Part shown: in pieces, positions 36,058-45,836 of the stretch
Layout of the letters: the number at the start of each line of letters is the position of its first letter
How positions within the stretch are numbered: the stretch's first letter is position 1
Assembly (NCBI GenBank): GCA_038887295.1
Contig: JAWAKW010000001.1
Coordinates: 100,795 to 164,794 of the forward strand
DNA length: 64,000 nt
Direction of reading: 5' to 3'
Origin: Candidatus Anstonellaceae archaeon
GTDB taxonomy: Archaea; Micrarchaeota; Micrarchaeia; Anstonellales; Anstonellaceae
The notes under the pieces: generated by a model
Seen by the model: the letters and a program-made list of their open reading frames with translations, nothing else
Database searches by the model: none
Told to the model about the DNA's origin: nothing
Program-made: the position numbers and the translations under genes

Positions 36058-38205
36058 ATGGTTGGAAAAATGTTGGCAGCATTTTTTCTTGTATTGAGCT
36101 TGACCTTGCTCAATGCTCACGATAGCATTCCAACAGAAGATCCGGTGTTAGAAGACGAATTTCCTCCTTCGATTTCTACTTCAGTTTCTGTCTCAGGAAA
36201 TACCTATACAATCTCGGTTTCTGCTTCTGATCCAAGTGGAGTCAGGCTTATTGAAATTTACGTCAAGAAACCCACACAGTCCCAATACACCTTGGTAAAA
36301 ACCTGCCAATATTCCACTTCCTGCTCGTACACCAACACAGATACTGAAGGAACATATTTCTTCTATGCAAAAGCAGTTGATGGCTCTTCGCTTGCAAATC
36401 AAGCAACTTCTCAAGAAAAAAGTTTTACATTGGGCGATTCTTCGCCCCCGACAACATCTGTATCTGCTTCCGTGAATGGAAATATAGCAACTATCACTGC
36501 AGCAGCATCTGACCCAAGTGGAATTTCAAGCATCAAAATATATGTTGCTCAAGGTAGCCCTGCCGGGCATGGCCCATTTTCAGAAGTAAAATCCTGCTCT
36601 TCTTCCCCATGCCAGTACGTTTCTGGATTTAACAGTGGGACATATATAGCGTATGCATCTGCAACTGACAATTCCTCAAATATAGGCAATTCTTCATTAA
36701 TAACCTTTACAGTCGTTTCCTTACAAGGAACCGAGCCACTTTCCATCCTGACAGGCTCACTTCCGAAAGGCCAAATAGGTAAATCTTATATAGCAGAACT
36801 TGAAGGTAGCGGAGGAGAAAGGCCCTACACATGGAGAATCATTTCTGGCTCGCTTCCTCCAGGTCTTCAGCTTTCATCTGGCGCAGAAAAAGGTCTAATC
36901 AGTGGCACTCCAACTAAAGCGGGCACGTATTCTTTCATCGTGCAAATACAAGACATTCGAGGCCAAACTTCTGCAGGCAGAGGCTTAAGCATAACAATTG
37001 AAGGGGACTTTTCAAGAACCTGCAAAATAACTCCTTCTTCTCTTAATTTAGTTGCAGGATCAACACAGAGACTTTCAATTATTTGCTATCGGACTTCTGC
37101 AACTGGAATTACTGACGAAGACGAATGCCCGCCAGTTTCATGGGGCAGTACAATAGGTTCTATCTCTGGTAATTCACGTGGAGCAACATTTTCTGCAGGG
37201 CAGGCTGCAGGAAGCGGAAGGATCGTAGCTTCTGGAAATGACTTCTCCTGCTCAATTCCTGTTTCTGTTTATCTCTCATCCTCAGGCGGAGGAGGCGGTG
37301 GTGGAGGAACAGGTGGCGGAGGTGGCAGCAGTGGCGGAGGCACATTCAGAACTGCAATAACTGTCTCTGCAACTTGCATAGGGAAGCCAGTCGAAATCTT
37401 TGTCCGCTACATCAGCAATGCAACAGCACAGCCAAAGGCAACAGTGGACGTATATCACTATTCTGAGGCTCAAAAGAGGTACAACAAAGTATATACCAAC
37501 ACAATCAGCTCGTCTTCATTCATGTCATTTACGCCGACTTTGGCAGGAAAATATGAGGTTCGTGTTTCTCTTGGCACAGATCAAACTACGGCAAATTTTG
37601 TGCTTCAAGAATGCAGCCCAGAAATCCCAGAAAGACCAATCAACCTCACTTTACAGCTTTCTCCAAGCAAAGAAATTATTTTGAACAAGCGAGTTACTTA
37701 TTCAAACGGCTTTTCCAAAGATTTCCGAGTATATAGAATCACGGATGGTACTACAATATCTTACGAATCACAAGTAGAAGTTGCATTTGTTCCGAATTCA
37801 ACCAAAAACTTAACAGTAAGGGATTCAGTACCCAATTCTATCGTATCAAACATGCAGCAGATTACATTTGATGTTGCTCCAAGGAAAGTCGATTCTGGCC
37901 AGCCCGGCATGCTTGCATTCGAGTGGCAAGTTCAAGCAGAAGCAGGCAAAGCCATACGTTTCAGATATTCATTCAGCCGTCAGTTAACTGACCAGATGAT
38001 AGAAAGCATAGCCGCACCCACTCTTATTATTCCAGCCTCACAAACTCAAGAAGTGGGCCTTTCGTTGGAGGGCGTCTTCAACACAGCATCCGCTGCTTTA
38101 GTTGGCACTTTGGGCTCTGGCTGGTGGGTGATTGCAGGTCTTTTGGGGCTATTGCTTCTTGCAGTAATATACCTTTTCCTCTTCGGATCAAAGAAGGAAG
38201 GTTAG
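36058..38205 (+). CDS. large multi-Ig-domain surface protein with poly-Gly linker and C-terminal anchor
   Basis: Signal peptide; two ASDPSG Ig-like repeats; putative-Ig (He_PIG-like) domain GSLPPGL...ISGTPT.AGTYSF; Gly run; C-terminal TM. Confidence 0.8.
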   Translation: MVGKMLAAFFLVLSLTLLNAHDSIPTEDPVLEDEFPPSISTSVSVSGNTYTISVSASDPSGVRLIEIYVKKPTQSQYTLVKTCQYSTSCSYTNTDTEGTYFFYAKAVDGSSLANQATSQEKSFTLGDSSPPTTSVSASVNGNIATITAAASDPSGISSIKIYVAQGSPAGHGPFSEVKSCSSSPCQYVSGFNSGTYIAYASATDNSSNIGNSSLITFTVVSLQGTEPLSILTGSLPKGQIGKSYIAELEGSGGERPYTWRIISGSLPPGLQLSSGAEKGLISGTPTKAGTYSFIVQIQDIRGQTSAGRGLSITIEGDFSRTCKITPSSLNLVAGSTQRLSIICYRTSATGITDEDECPPVSWGSTIGSISGNSRGATFSAGQAAGSGRIVASGNDFSCSIPVSVYLSSSGGGGGGGGTGGGGGSSGGGTFRTAITVSATCIGKPVEIFVRYISNATAQPKATVDVYHYSEAQKRYNKVYTNTISSSSFMSFTPTLAGKYEVRVSLGTDQTTANFVLQECSPEIPERPINLTLQLSPSKEIILNKRVTYSNGFSKDFRVYRITDGTTISYESQVEVAFVPNSTKNLTVRDSVPNSIVSNMQQITFDVAPRKVDSGQPGMLAFEWQVQAEAGKAIRFRYSFSRQLTDQMIESIAAPTLIIPASQTQEVGLSLEGVFNTASAALVGTLGSGWWVIAGLLGLLLLAVIYLFLFGSKKEG
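37285..37341 (+). repeat. GGN-rich low-complexity tract encoding a Gly/Ser linker
   Basis: Encodes GGGGGGGTGGGGGSSGGG with mixed codons. Confidence 0.8.
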
Positions 38206-38669
38206 CCTTCCTTCTCTTCTGGAGAGTAGGTAAAATCTTCAAGAAGCCTGCGGTATGCATAGATTTCGTTAGGAGCAAAAAAGCGCTCGATTTCCTTCCT
38301 TGCAGTTTCCACAGAATCAGACGCATGAATTATGTTGCATTGCATAGAAAGGCCATAATCGCCTCTGATTGTTCCACTTGGTGCTTTTCTTGAATTGGTT
38401 GGTCCGCACATTGCCCTTACAGTTTCAACTGCCTCTTTGCCTTCTATTACTGCTACAATAACCGGAGTTGAAGACATGAATTTCTGTATCCCTGGAAAAA
38501 AAGGTTTGTCAGCAATATGTGCATAATGCTCCTTGAGAGTTTTTTGATCCAGCTTAATCATCTTAAGCCCAACAATTGAAAAGCCTCTCTTTTCAAATCT
38601 TGAAAGCACTTCGCCACAAAGTCCACGCTGTACGCAGTCTGGCTTGAGTATAATAAGGGTCCTTTCCAC
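38202..38669 (-). CDS. ndk: nucleoside diphosphate kinase
   Basis: TLIILKPD, GTIRGDYG, NIIHASDS. Confidence 0.95.
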   Translation of the reverse strand: MERTLIILKPDCVQRGLCGEVLSRFEKRGFSIVGLKMIKLDQKTLKEHYAHIADKPFFPGIQKFMSSTPVIVAVIEGKEAVETVRAMCGPTNSRKAPSGTIRGDYGLSMQCNIIHASDSVETARKEIERFFAPNEIYAYRRLLEDFTYSPEEKEG

Positions 38670-38673
38670 AAAA

Positions 38674-38949
38674 TCACCGCTTGCCTTCTTTCTTTGCTGC
38701 TTCCTTTTCTTTCAGCTTTTGCTCTATCTCTTTTGCAAGCGCAGATTCCTGTTTCTTTTCCTCCTTTTTTTCGCTTGAAAGTACTAATATCTTGCTGGTC
38801 CACTTCACTAGCCTGCCTTCGCGCCTAAGCTTTAGGTGGTTTTTTTTGCACTTGGACGAGCAAAATGAAAGAACTGCGCCATCACGAAGAACGTACATCT
38901 CCCCGCTTCCTGCAAGGATTTCGTTGTTGCAAAAAGAGCAAAATGCCAT
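38674..38949 (-). CDS. rpl24e: 50S ribosomal protein L24e
   Basis: CSFC...G.GEMYVLRDG..LSFCSSKC.KN, VKWT. Confidence 0.92.
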   Translation of the reverse strand: MAFCSFCNNEILAGSGEMYVLRDGAVLSFCSSKCKKNHLKLRREGRLVKWTSKILVLSSEKKEEKKQESALAKEIEQKLKEKEAAKKEGKR

Positions 38950-38958
38950 TTTTACCCC

Positions 38959-39177
38959 TCACTTAGCCTTGATTTCCTTTGCCTCTCTTTCGGTTTCAAG
39001 AAGAAGCATTATGTCTCCTTTTTTGACAGGTCCCTTGACGTTCCTTCTTATTACCCTGCCTTTGTCTTTGCCTTCTAGTATTTTGCACATTACCTGGTAT
39101 ACCTCTCCATGAATTCCAGTCTTTGTCAAAATCTCAACCACTTCGACTGGAACTGCAGTATCTTGTTGCGCAGGCAT
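38959..39177 (-). CDS. rps28e: 30S ribosomal protein S28e
   Basis: [34 protein letters not shown]. Confidence 0.95.
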   Translation of the reverse strand: MPAQQDTAVPVEVVEILTKTGIHGEVYQVMCKILEGKDKGRVIRRNVKGPVKKGDIMLLLETEREAKEIKAK

Positions 39178-39182
39178 TCAAA

Positions 39183-39662
39183 TCACTCCTTCTTTTTTGC
39201 CCTTCCTTTCTTCTTTGGGGCTTGCTCTCCTCCCTCAGCTTTTTGTTCCACCACCTCAGGGGGCTGCTGTTTTGGCGCTTCTTTCCTTGGCTCGTACTTA
39301 CCCATTTTTGTAAGCTTTTCAATTATGTCCCTTACCAGTTCTGCAGCATTTCCAGCCTTTTCTATTGCAACTGCAGAGCAAGCAACAGGAATCCCTGCTG
39401 CAGTGCCAAGCTCTTTTTTGGTTGCCACATAGCAAAAGGGCACATTTTTTTCTGCGCAAAGCAGCGGAAGATGCATCACCACTTCTTCCGGATCCACATC
39501 CTCTGCCATCACCACAAATGAAGCATTGCCTGCTTCTATTGCCTTGGTTGCCTCATTTGCCCCTTTTCTTACCCGTCCAGTATCCGAGGCAACGCTGATT
39601 GCTTCAAGCGCCTTCGCCTGAAGTTCCTTTGGCGTTTCAAATTTTACATAGCTTTTTGCCAT
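39183..39662 (-). CDS. rpl7ae: 50S ribosomal protein L7Ae with C-terminal charged extension
   Basis: KGANEATKAIE, AEDVDPEEVVMHLPLLC.EK, ELGTAAG; part of the conserved L7Ae-S28e-L24e-ndk order. Confidence 0.95.
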   Translation of the reverse strand: MAKSYVKFETPKELQAKALEAISVASDTGRVRKGANEATKAIEAGNASFVVMAEDVDPEEVVMHLPLLCAEKNVPFCYVATKKELGTAAGIPVACSAVAIEKAGNAAELVRDIIEKLTKMGKYEPRKEAPKQQPPEVVEQKAEGGEQAPKKKGRAKKKE

Positions 39663-39809
39663 CCTTTCACCTCTTTCTGGCTTGCGCCAGAGGCTCATAG
39701 GCTCATTCTTTTCAAGAAGAGCATTGCCTATAAGTAAGCATTTGTTTAAAAGCTATTCGGTGCGCACGAATACTTTTTATATTTTTTTTGTGTTAATAAA
39801 TATATTATC

Positions 39810-40469
39810 GTGGTTTTTATGTTTCAACACAAAGAACTACCGCAAGACAGCAGCAAAGGCTGCAAGAAAAGAAGCCCTAGCATTTTTTATAGAAAAATGC
39901 TGGACATTGCAGCTTCCTACCGGCCTTCAAGAAACAGCAAAATAAGCGAGTTTTTCGACCGCCTTGCAGAGGCTGAGCTTAACAAAGCAGAGCGCATCCA
40001 AAATAGTTGTTCGTGGAAACTGGCAGAGAATTTCTCCTCAGCCTACATGAAATTTACAGAAAAGAAAACAAGGCTACTTTTGAAGTTGGGCTTAGATGAA
40101 CGGCAGCTGATTGAAAAATTAGGGGTAAATCGGGCATTTGCCCTTGCAAAGCTTGGCTCAAGGCTGGATATCATCCAAGAGTGCACCTCACTATTCATTG
40201 GGACAGTAATAGGGTTCGGTGTGGCAGCAATTTCGGCAGCAGCCATTTACACTGCGGCTGTGCAAAAAGATTTTCAGAATATAGAGCACATACTCAAAAC
40301 AGTCATCCGGTTAGTTACTTTCACCTTGCCAGTAGCCGTTGCTTTGGCACCTTTTTTCAAAGCCCTCAATTGGATTGGCAATGCTTTGGATGTTTTGCAG
40401 CATGTGCTGGTGGATTCAATTTCAAGGAAGCTAAACTCTCCAGAGGCAAGAAAGCATTATTCCAATTGA
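39810..40469 (+). CDS. hypothetical two-TM membrane protein
   Basis: Two hydrophobic segments in the C-terminal half; start uncertain; no family recognised. Confidence 0.55.
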   Translation: MVFMFQHKELPQDSSKGCKKRSPSIFYRKMLDIAASYRPSRNSKISEFFDRLAEAELNKAERIQNSCSWKLAENFSSAYMKFTEKKTRLLLKLGLDERQLIEKLGVNRAFALAKLGSRLDIIQECTSLFIGTVIGFGVAAISAAAIYTAAVQKDFQNIEHILKTVIRLVTFTLPVAVALAPFFKALNWIGNALDVLQHVLVDSISRKLNSPEARKHYSN

Positions 40470-40660
40470 TGGTTGATGTTCTTCTCGGCACCATACCTAT
40501 TCCGCTCATAGACCTTCTGCGCCGCTTCCGCGCCATAAAGCTTGAGCTCCGCCAGCTTGGACACATAAACAGGCTAGAAAAGCTTTATGTTTCAACGCAG
40601 GCAAAAGAAGCTGAAAGCAAGCCGCCCAACGAAAGCTCGCAGGTGCAGCAGCCAGAATAG
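40469..40660 (+). CDS. small hypothetical protein (63 aa)
   Basis: ATG overlaps the upstream TGA (TGATG coupling); it is the 3' part of the track ORF 40181-40660. Confidence 0.4.
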   Translation: MVDVLLGTIPIPLIDLLRRFRAIKLELRQLGHINRLEKLYVSTQAKEAESKPPNESSQVQQPE

Positions 40661-40673
40661 CTTTGTTTCAAAA

Positions 40674-42140
40674 TTAGCCAAGGAAATTCCTCTTCCAAGC
40701 AGTCTTCATAATAGCATCAGTCAGGTTTGCTCGATTGTCTGAAAGCGCAATATCCATCACTTCTTTTGCGGCTTCGGAATAGTCCTGGTCAATTTGGCAG
40801 TCAAAATGTGATATCACACCCATTATCTGCTTGCCTATGCCATGTGGAAGGCGAGCAAGATTTTCCTTGCAGATATATTTAGTTGAATCAGAAATATCTT
40901 CATCAAATGCAATATACAATGTCCGGACACGGTCAAGTTCCTTTTCTGTCAGTGCAGAAAGGCCCAAAAGTTCTGGCGGAAGACCTATTGAATATAATGC
41001 AGCGCAAAATGGTATTGCTCTAGGCAAGCTAATCCCTTTCATAGAGCGTGCATAACCAAACAAGCCAATATGCAGTTTTCTTGATCTCCTCGAAGGAACA
41101 TATTTTGCAAGAATAGAAATAAGCGGGGAAAGTGCCTCTACTTCCTTTTGATATTGCGAAATAGTTTTGTCAACAATTGCACTTATTGTGTCTTCGTCAA
41201 CATGAAGGGGACTGCGCCTCCTGGTTTCATTTATTTCTTCATTACCGCTCCTCACAACGCTTTCAGGATAATCATATTTGTAAGAAGACTGCAGTGTGAA
41301 TGTTTGAACAGATGGGTACTCTCTGAGGCAGTTTTGCACATTGGTAGGCTTCAGGTTGCCACGAAAAGGCGCAGAGCCAACTCCTATTATTGGAAGTATT
41401 TCAATAGAAGTTTCTTCCTGCAACTGATGAAGCTTTTGCAAGCAAAGCTTGTTCAAAAGCACTGCAGCAAGAGAGCCGTAGTTTAGCGCAGGGTCAGAGC
41501 GTGCAAGAAACACCCTCTGGTATTCTGGTTTTCTCTGCTTTATAAACTCTCCAACAATTTTGTCTGCCTCTGTAAGCGATTTTCTGTCTTCAACTAAAGG
41601 TATCACAGAAATCTCAGAAGGCGAAAATTCACCTACCCATTCTGCCACGCTTATGCCTGCAACCACAGCAGTTCTTTTCCCAACCACTATTTTTTTGTAA
41701 TACTCATAAACCCTTTCAAGCTGATCTGATGAAGTGCACATTGGCAAAATTATCTCCCATACAGGGGCCACATCGCTTCCTGCAGCAGCTGCAATGTCAT
41801 AGTTTCTTGGTATAGTCTCCAAAGTTTCAAGAAGTATTTTTCCCTGCGTCTTTTCTACACTAGGGTTGGGCACGCGAAGCGTAAGGTAGACATCTTTTCC
41901 CAGTCTGTTTTCAGAAAAAAACTGCGGGTATCGAGTTAGCAGTTTCTCGACTACGTGATTATCTACCTCTTTACCTTCACAATCCCACATCTGCTCTCTG
42001 ATATTCAGGTGCGAAAAAACATAGTACGCTTCTTTTATCTCGGTTTCACCTGCAAGCACCTCAGTGTCGGCAAAAAAAGGGGAATTGACATTGTCAGGAT
42101 GCTGCGTGCTCATGCAGCGGGATACTTGTATTTTTGGCAT
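40674..42140 (-). CDS. ppcA: archaeal-type phosphoenolpyruvate carboxylase
   Basis: MSTQHPDN, MWDCEGK, RVFLARSDPALNYG, GVGSAPFRG, HIGLFGYAR, LPRAIPF. Confidence 0.95.
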   Translation of the reverse strand: MPKIQVSRCMSTQHPDNVNSPFFADTEVLAGETEIKEAYYVFSHLNIREQMWDCEGKEVDNHVVEKLLTRYPQFFSENRLGKDVYLTLRVPNPSVEKTQGKILLETLETIPRNYDIAAAAGSDVAPVWEIILPMCTSSDQLERVYEYYKKIVVGKRTAVVAGISVAEWVGEFSPSEISVIPLVEDRKSLTEADKIVGEFIKQRKPEYQRVFLARSDPALNYGSLAAVLLNKLCLQKLHQLQEETSIEILPIIGVGSAPFRGNLKPTNVQNCLREYPSVQTFTLQSSYKYDYPESVVRSGNEEINETRRRSPLHVDEDTISAIVDKTISQYQKEVEALSPLISILAKYVPSRRSRKLHIGLFGYARSMKGISLPRAIPFCAALYSIGLPPELLGLSALTEKELDRVRTLYIAFDEDISDSTKYICKENLARLPHGIGKQIMGVISHFDCQIDQDYSEAAKEVMDIALSDNRANLTDAIMKTAWKRNFLG

Positions 42141-42241
42141 GCACTCTTCTTGTATGATTGGCTTTTTATTTTATTGCAACTTAAGTCCTAGTATCTGTTT
42201 TTTTAAACATTTATTTTCATTATTTATAACAGGTGAGTCAA

Positions 42242-42616
42242 ATGTCGCCGAGATTATCCCAAAAGGAAGCGGTTTTCCTCCTTGAGAAATTTATGAGTAG
42301 GAAAGATGCCGAAGAATTAACTTCGCGCATAATCAATTCAAAGGATGGCATTAAGAAAGCGGTTGCAAGAGAGCTTCCTTTGTTCGTCTCTCCAAGCCCA
42401 TTTTATCGTTATCTTCTTGAAGACCTTACAGGTGGCCTTCTGAAGACTCCCGAAAGGAAAATAGCAAAAATTCTTTATTCAATTGACCCAAACAAAAAGG
42501 AAAAAACCCTCACCTGGAAGGAAATAAATAGAAAATACTACCTTGGTCTTTCAGATGAAGTGGCTCAAAAACTTGACGATCTTGAAAAGGAGCTGCAAGC
42601 CAGAAGAAGCTCTTGA
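42242..42616 (+). CDS. hypothetical protein
   Basis: SD-like GGTGA upstream of ATG 42242 and an AT-rich TATA-like region upstream; no family recognised. Confidence 0.6.
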   Translation: MSPRLSQKEAVFLLEKFMSRKDAEELTSRIINSKDGIKKAVARELPLFVSPSPFYRYLLEDLTGGLLKTPERKIAKILYSIDPNKKEKTLTWKEINRKYYLGLSDEVAQKLDDLEKELQARRSS

Positions 42617-42617
42617 G

Positions 42618-42631
42618 GCAAGATTTTTAAA
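42618..42631 (+). promoter_or_regulatory. putative BRE/TATA promoter of the 23S rRNA precursor
   Basis: GCAAGA-TTTTTAAA just after the upstream stop, followed by a structured leader and the 23S gene. Confidence 0.45.
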
Positions 42632-42882
42632 TCCATCCTTACTAATAGAAAGCCGCAATTATTCTGGGCGCATGCCCTGACATTAGCACCGGGGTTTTTC
42701 GGCTGCGATGCATACAATATGAATAAACCTCCACCGCTTCTTTTTGCGGTGAGAGGGAGGCTCACCGCACAGAGCCGCACTGTTATAGTCATACCCTTAT
42801 GACACGTCTTCCCCTCTTTGGGGAAGCGTAGCCTTAGCACAAGGCAACTTACATGCAGGCTCTGCATGTATTTCATGAGGAT

Positions 42883-42906
42883 GAAGAGAGGCAACTGAAG
42901 TTTGCC
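42883..42906 (+). other. 5' arm of the 23S pre-rRNA processing stem
   Basis: GAAGAGAGGCAACTGAAGTTTGCC is the exact reverse complement of 45837-45860. Confidence 0.85.
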
Positions 42907-42912
42907 GGATAT

Positions 42913-45832
42913 GCATGTTACGCCAATCAGTGGATGGCTAGGCTTCGGTAGTTTCACGGCCCCGTGGCAAGCTGCGAAAAGCTCCGGGTAGGAGCAGGCA
43001 TCCTTTGATCCGGAGATCGGGCGGTGTGCCGAAAGGCACAGATTACCCCGGGAATTAAAACATTCTAGTACCGGGAGGAAAAGAAACCAATAGGGATTCG
43101 GTAAGTAAGGGTGACTGAAAGCCGAAAAGCGCAAACCGAATGCAGTGCGGCAACGCACTGTAGATGTGGGCGGAGCATCCGTTTCCAGATTCGAGGTCGG
43201 CTGGAAAGCCGCGCCATAGAGGGTGAAAGCCCCGTAGATTAATGGAGGCGGAGCGAAGCAAATAAGAGTAGTGCTCATCGAGTATTGGGCATGAAGATGG
43301 CGGGACTAACCGCCAACGCTAAATATAACCGAAGACCGATAGCGAATTAGTAACGCGAGTGAACGCTGAAAAGGAGTCCGAAAGGACAGTTAAAAGAACT
43401 TGAAACTGATTGGTGACAGGTTGATGCAGCGTGGAAGGGCACGACTGCCAAAGCAACCAGCCGAGAGGCTGGAAGCGAGGCAGGCATACCAGCGTTGCAT
43501 CGTTCTTCTCGAAGCAAGAGCCAGGGAGTTGATGTGGTGTGGCGAGGCGAGAGCCGAAGCGAAAGCGAGTGGGCGCATCGAAAGAAAGGCCCGTCGTCCG
43601 AAAGGGCGACCAGTCACACTCATCAGACCTGAAGCCGATGTGAACTAAGCGCGCGCAGGTCGAAGCCAGCCTGACGGCTGGTGGAGGACCGCAACCGGTG
43701 CTAGTATATTCTGCTCGGGTGACGTGCGCTTAGGGGTGATAGTCCAATCGAACTCGGCAATAGCGGGTTCCCCTCGAAATGTCCCTCAGGACAGCCTCGA
43801 TGGAGGTTGGATGCGGGGTAGAGCACTGATCGTAAGGATTGGCCCCGAAAGGGGTCGCCTTGCTGTCAAACTCCGAATCTGCATCCGCCGTAGAAGTCGG
43901 GAGTCGGGTTCCGCTGGGTAAGCTAGCGGGCCATTACGGGAACGACCGGTGCCGCAGTTAAGGTCCCTAAATTCAGGCTAAGTGCTAATCCACAAGGAGT
44001 GTCCGGTCTAAAACAGCTGGAAGGTAGGCTTAGAAGCAGCCATCCTTTAAACAACGCGTAATAGCGGACCAGTCTAGATCGCACATTCCGAAGATGATCG
44101 GGGCTAAGCCTGGTACCGAAACTGCGGAGTTGCCCCAAAAGGGCAATCTGGTAGGGGGGCGAGCTGGCTGGGCAGAAGCAGGGCCGTGAGGTCCTGTGGA
44201 CTGGCCAGTTATGAATATCCTGGTATTAGTAACAGCATATCCAGGCGAGAATCCTGGACGCCGCATAGCACACGGGTTTCTGGGCAATGTTCTTCAGCTC
44301 AGAGTTAGGCGGTCCTAAGGCAATAGCTAATTGCGAATTGCCAAAAGGGAAAACGGTTAAAATTCCGTTCCTGCACAGGTAGATGCGGCAACGCAAGTTG
44401 TGTTCCTGACGCTTTGGGGTAGGGGTGGGGGAGGAGACTTCCCTTAAAGCCCATAATGCCTTGGAGTCTCATTATGAGGAGAAGAGGCATAAAGGGCCCA
44501 AATCGTCCTGATCCCTGGAGCCCATGAAAAGGGAGCGCAACCGACCCTGTGCATCCGTACCTAGAACTATTACAGGTGCTGCTGGCAGAACAAGCCAAGG
44601 CGTGTCAGGGCAATTCAGCTAAGGGAACTCGGCAAGTTAGTGGCTTAACTTCGGGAGAAGCCATGCCTGCCTTTCCGCAAGGATTGGCAGGTCGCAGTGA
44701 CAAGGGGAGGTCGACTGTTTACCAAAAACACAACTCGCAGCCAATCGGAAACGATTAGTACTGCGGGTGACGCCTGCTCACTACTGGTACGTGAAAGCCT
44801 GTTCCAACGGGCTTAAGCGCCAGCAAAGAGCGGGGGTAACTCTGACCCTCTTAAGGTAGCGTAATACCTCGCCGCTTAATTGGTGGCTTGCATGAAGGGC
44901 GTAACGAGCCTCCCACTGTCCCTAGCTGGAACCTGGTGAACTTACTACTCTGTGAGTATGCAGAGGACTTCTAGGGGGAAACGAAGACCCCGTGGAGCTT
45001 TACTATAGCCTGATCTTGTGATACGAGCGCTGCTGCGGAGCGTAAATGGGAGCCGCTATGTTGCACCTCTCGGGGTGCAAATAGGCGCCGTTGTAACACC
45101 ATTCAGCAGTGCTTGTATTGCTCACCGCAAGGGACAGGGTCAGGTGGATAGTTTGGCTGGGGCGGTACGCCCTCGATAAGGAAAATGCGCATAACCAGTT
45201 TTTAGAGGAGGGTTAGGCGCATCTTCAAACAAGGGCGCCCAATGTTCAGCTTAGGCGGGTCAGAAATCCGCCGTTAAGGGTTAAAGACAAATGCTGGACT
45301 GACTGTATCCTTAAAAGCGTGGGATGCAGAGACGAAAGTCGGGCTTAACGAACCTTGGTGCCTTTTTAGTGAGGGCCCAAGCTGTCAGACAAGCTACCCC
45401 GGGGGTAACAGGCTCGTCGCGGGCGAGAGTACACATCGACCCCGCGGTTTGGTACATCGCTGTCGGCTTAGGTCATCCTGGGGGTGCAGGAGCCCCCAAA
45501 GGTTGGGTTGTTCATCCATTAAAGACCTACATGAGCTGGGTTCAGAACGTCGCGAGACAGTTCGGTAGTATCTCCTAGGAGTGTTACCGTTTGAGAGGAA
45601 GAACCCATGAGTACGAGAGGAACTTGGGTTCGGCGCCTCTGGTCTACCGGTTGTGTCAAGCATCGCCGGGCAGCTACGCGCTATTGGATAAGACCTGAAA
45701 GCATCTAAGGTCGAAGCCAATCTCAAAACTAGACGGTGTAGGCGGTCATAGCAGATGACTTTGATAGGGCGGGGGTGTAAGTGGTTAGCTTACGCGAGCC
45801 ATTCAGCCTGCCGCTACTAAAGCCGTTCATGC
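42913..45832 (+). rRNA. rrl: 23S rRNA (archaeal, divergent; not linked to 16S or 5S here)
   Basis: Conserved landmarks GTGGATGGCTAGGCT, CTTAAGGTAGCG, GGCTGGGGCGG (P-loop), GAGCTGGGTTCAGAACGTCG, AGTACGAGAGGAAC (sarcin-ricin loop); ends inferred from GCATG/CATGC helix 1, plus or minus ~10 nt. Confidence 0.97.
45181..45226 (+). other. ~46-nt hairpin insertion (intron or expansion) in 23S helix 81 loop
   Basis: Interrupts CGCCCTC...AGGGCG; GAAAATGCGCATAACC pairs with GGTTAGGCGCATCTTC at 14 of 16 positions. Confidence 0.75.
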
Positions 45833-45836
45833 TCAA

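Noticed and set aside
39183-39300. K/E/P-rich C-terminal tails on L7Ae (and L24e, RpoE')
   Set aside because: Low-complexity charged tails are common on archaeal ribosomal proteins; no specific signal.
42565-45726. ORFs inside the 23S region (e.g. 42565-43278, 44305-44598, 45394-45726)
   Set aside because: They overlap conserved rRNA sequence and have no protein motifs; no homing-endonuclease ORF is present in the 46-nt insert.
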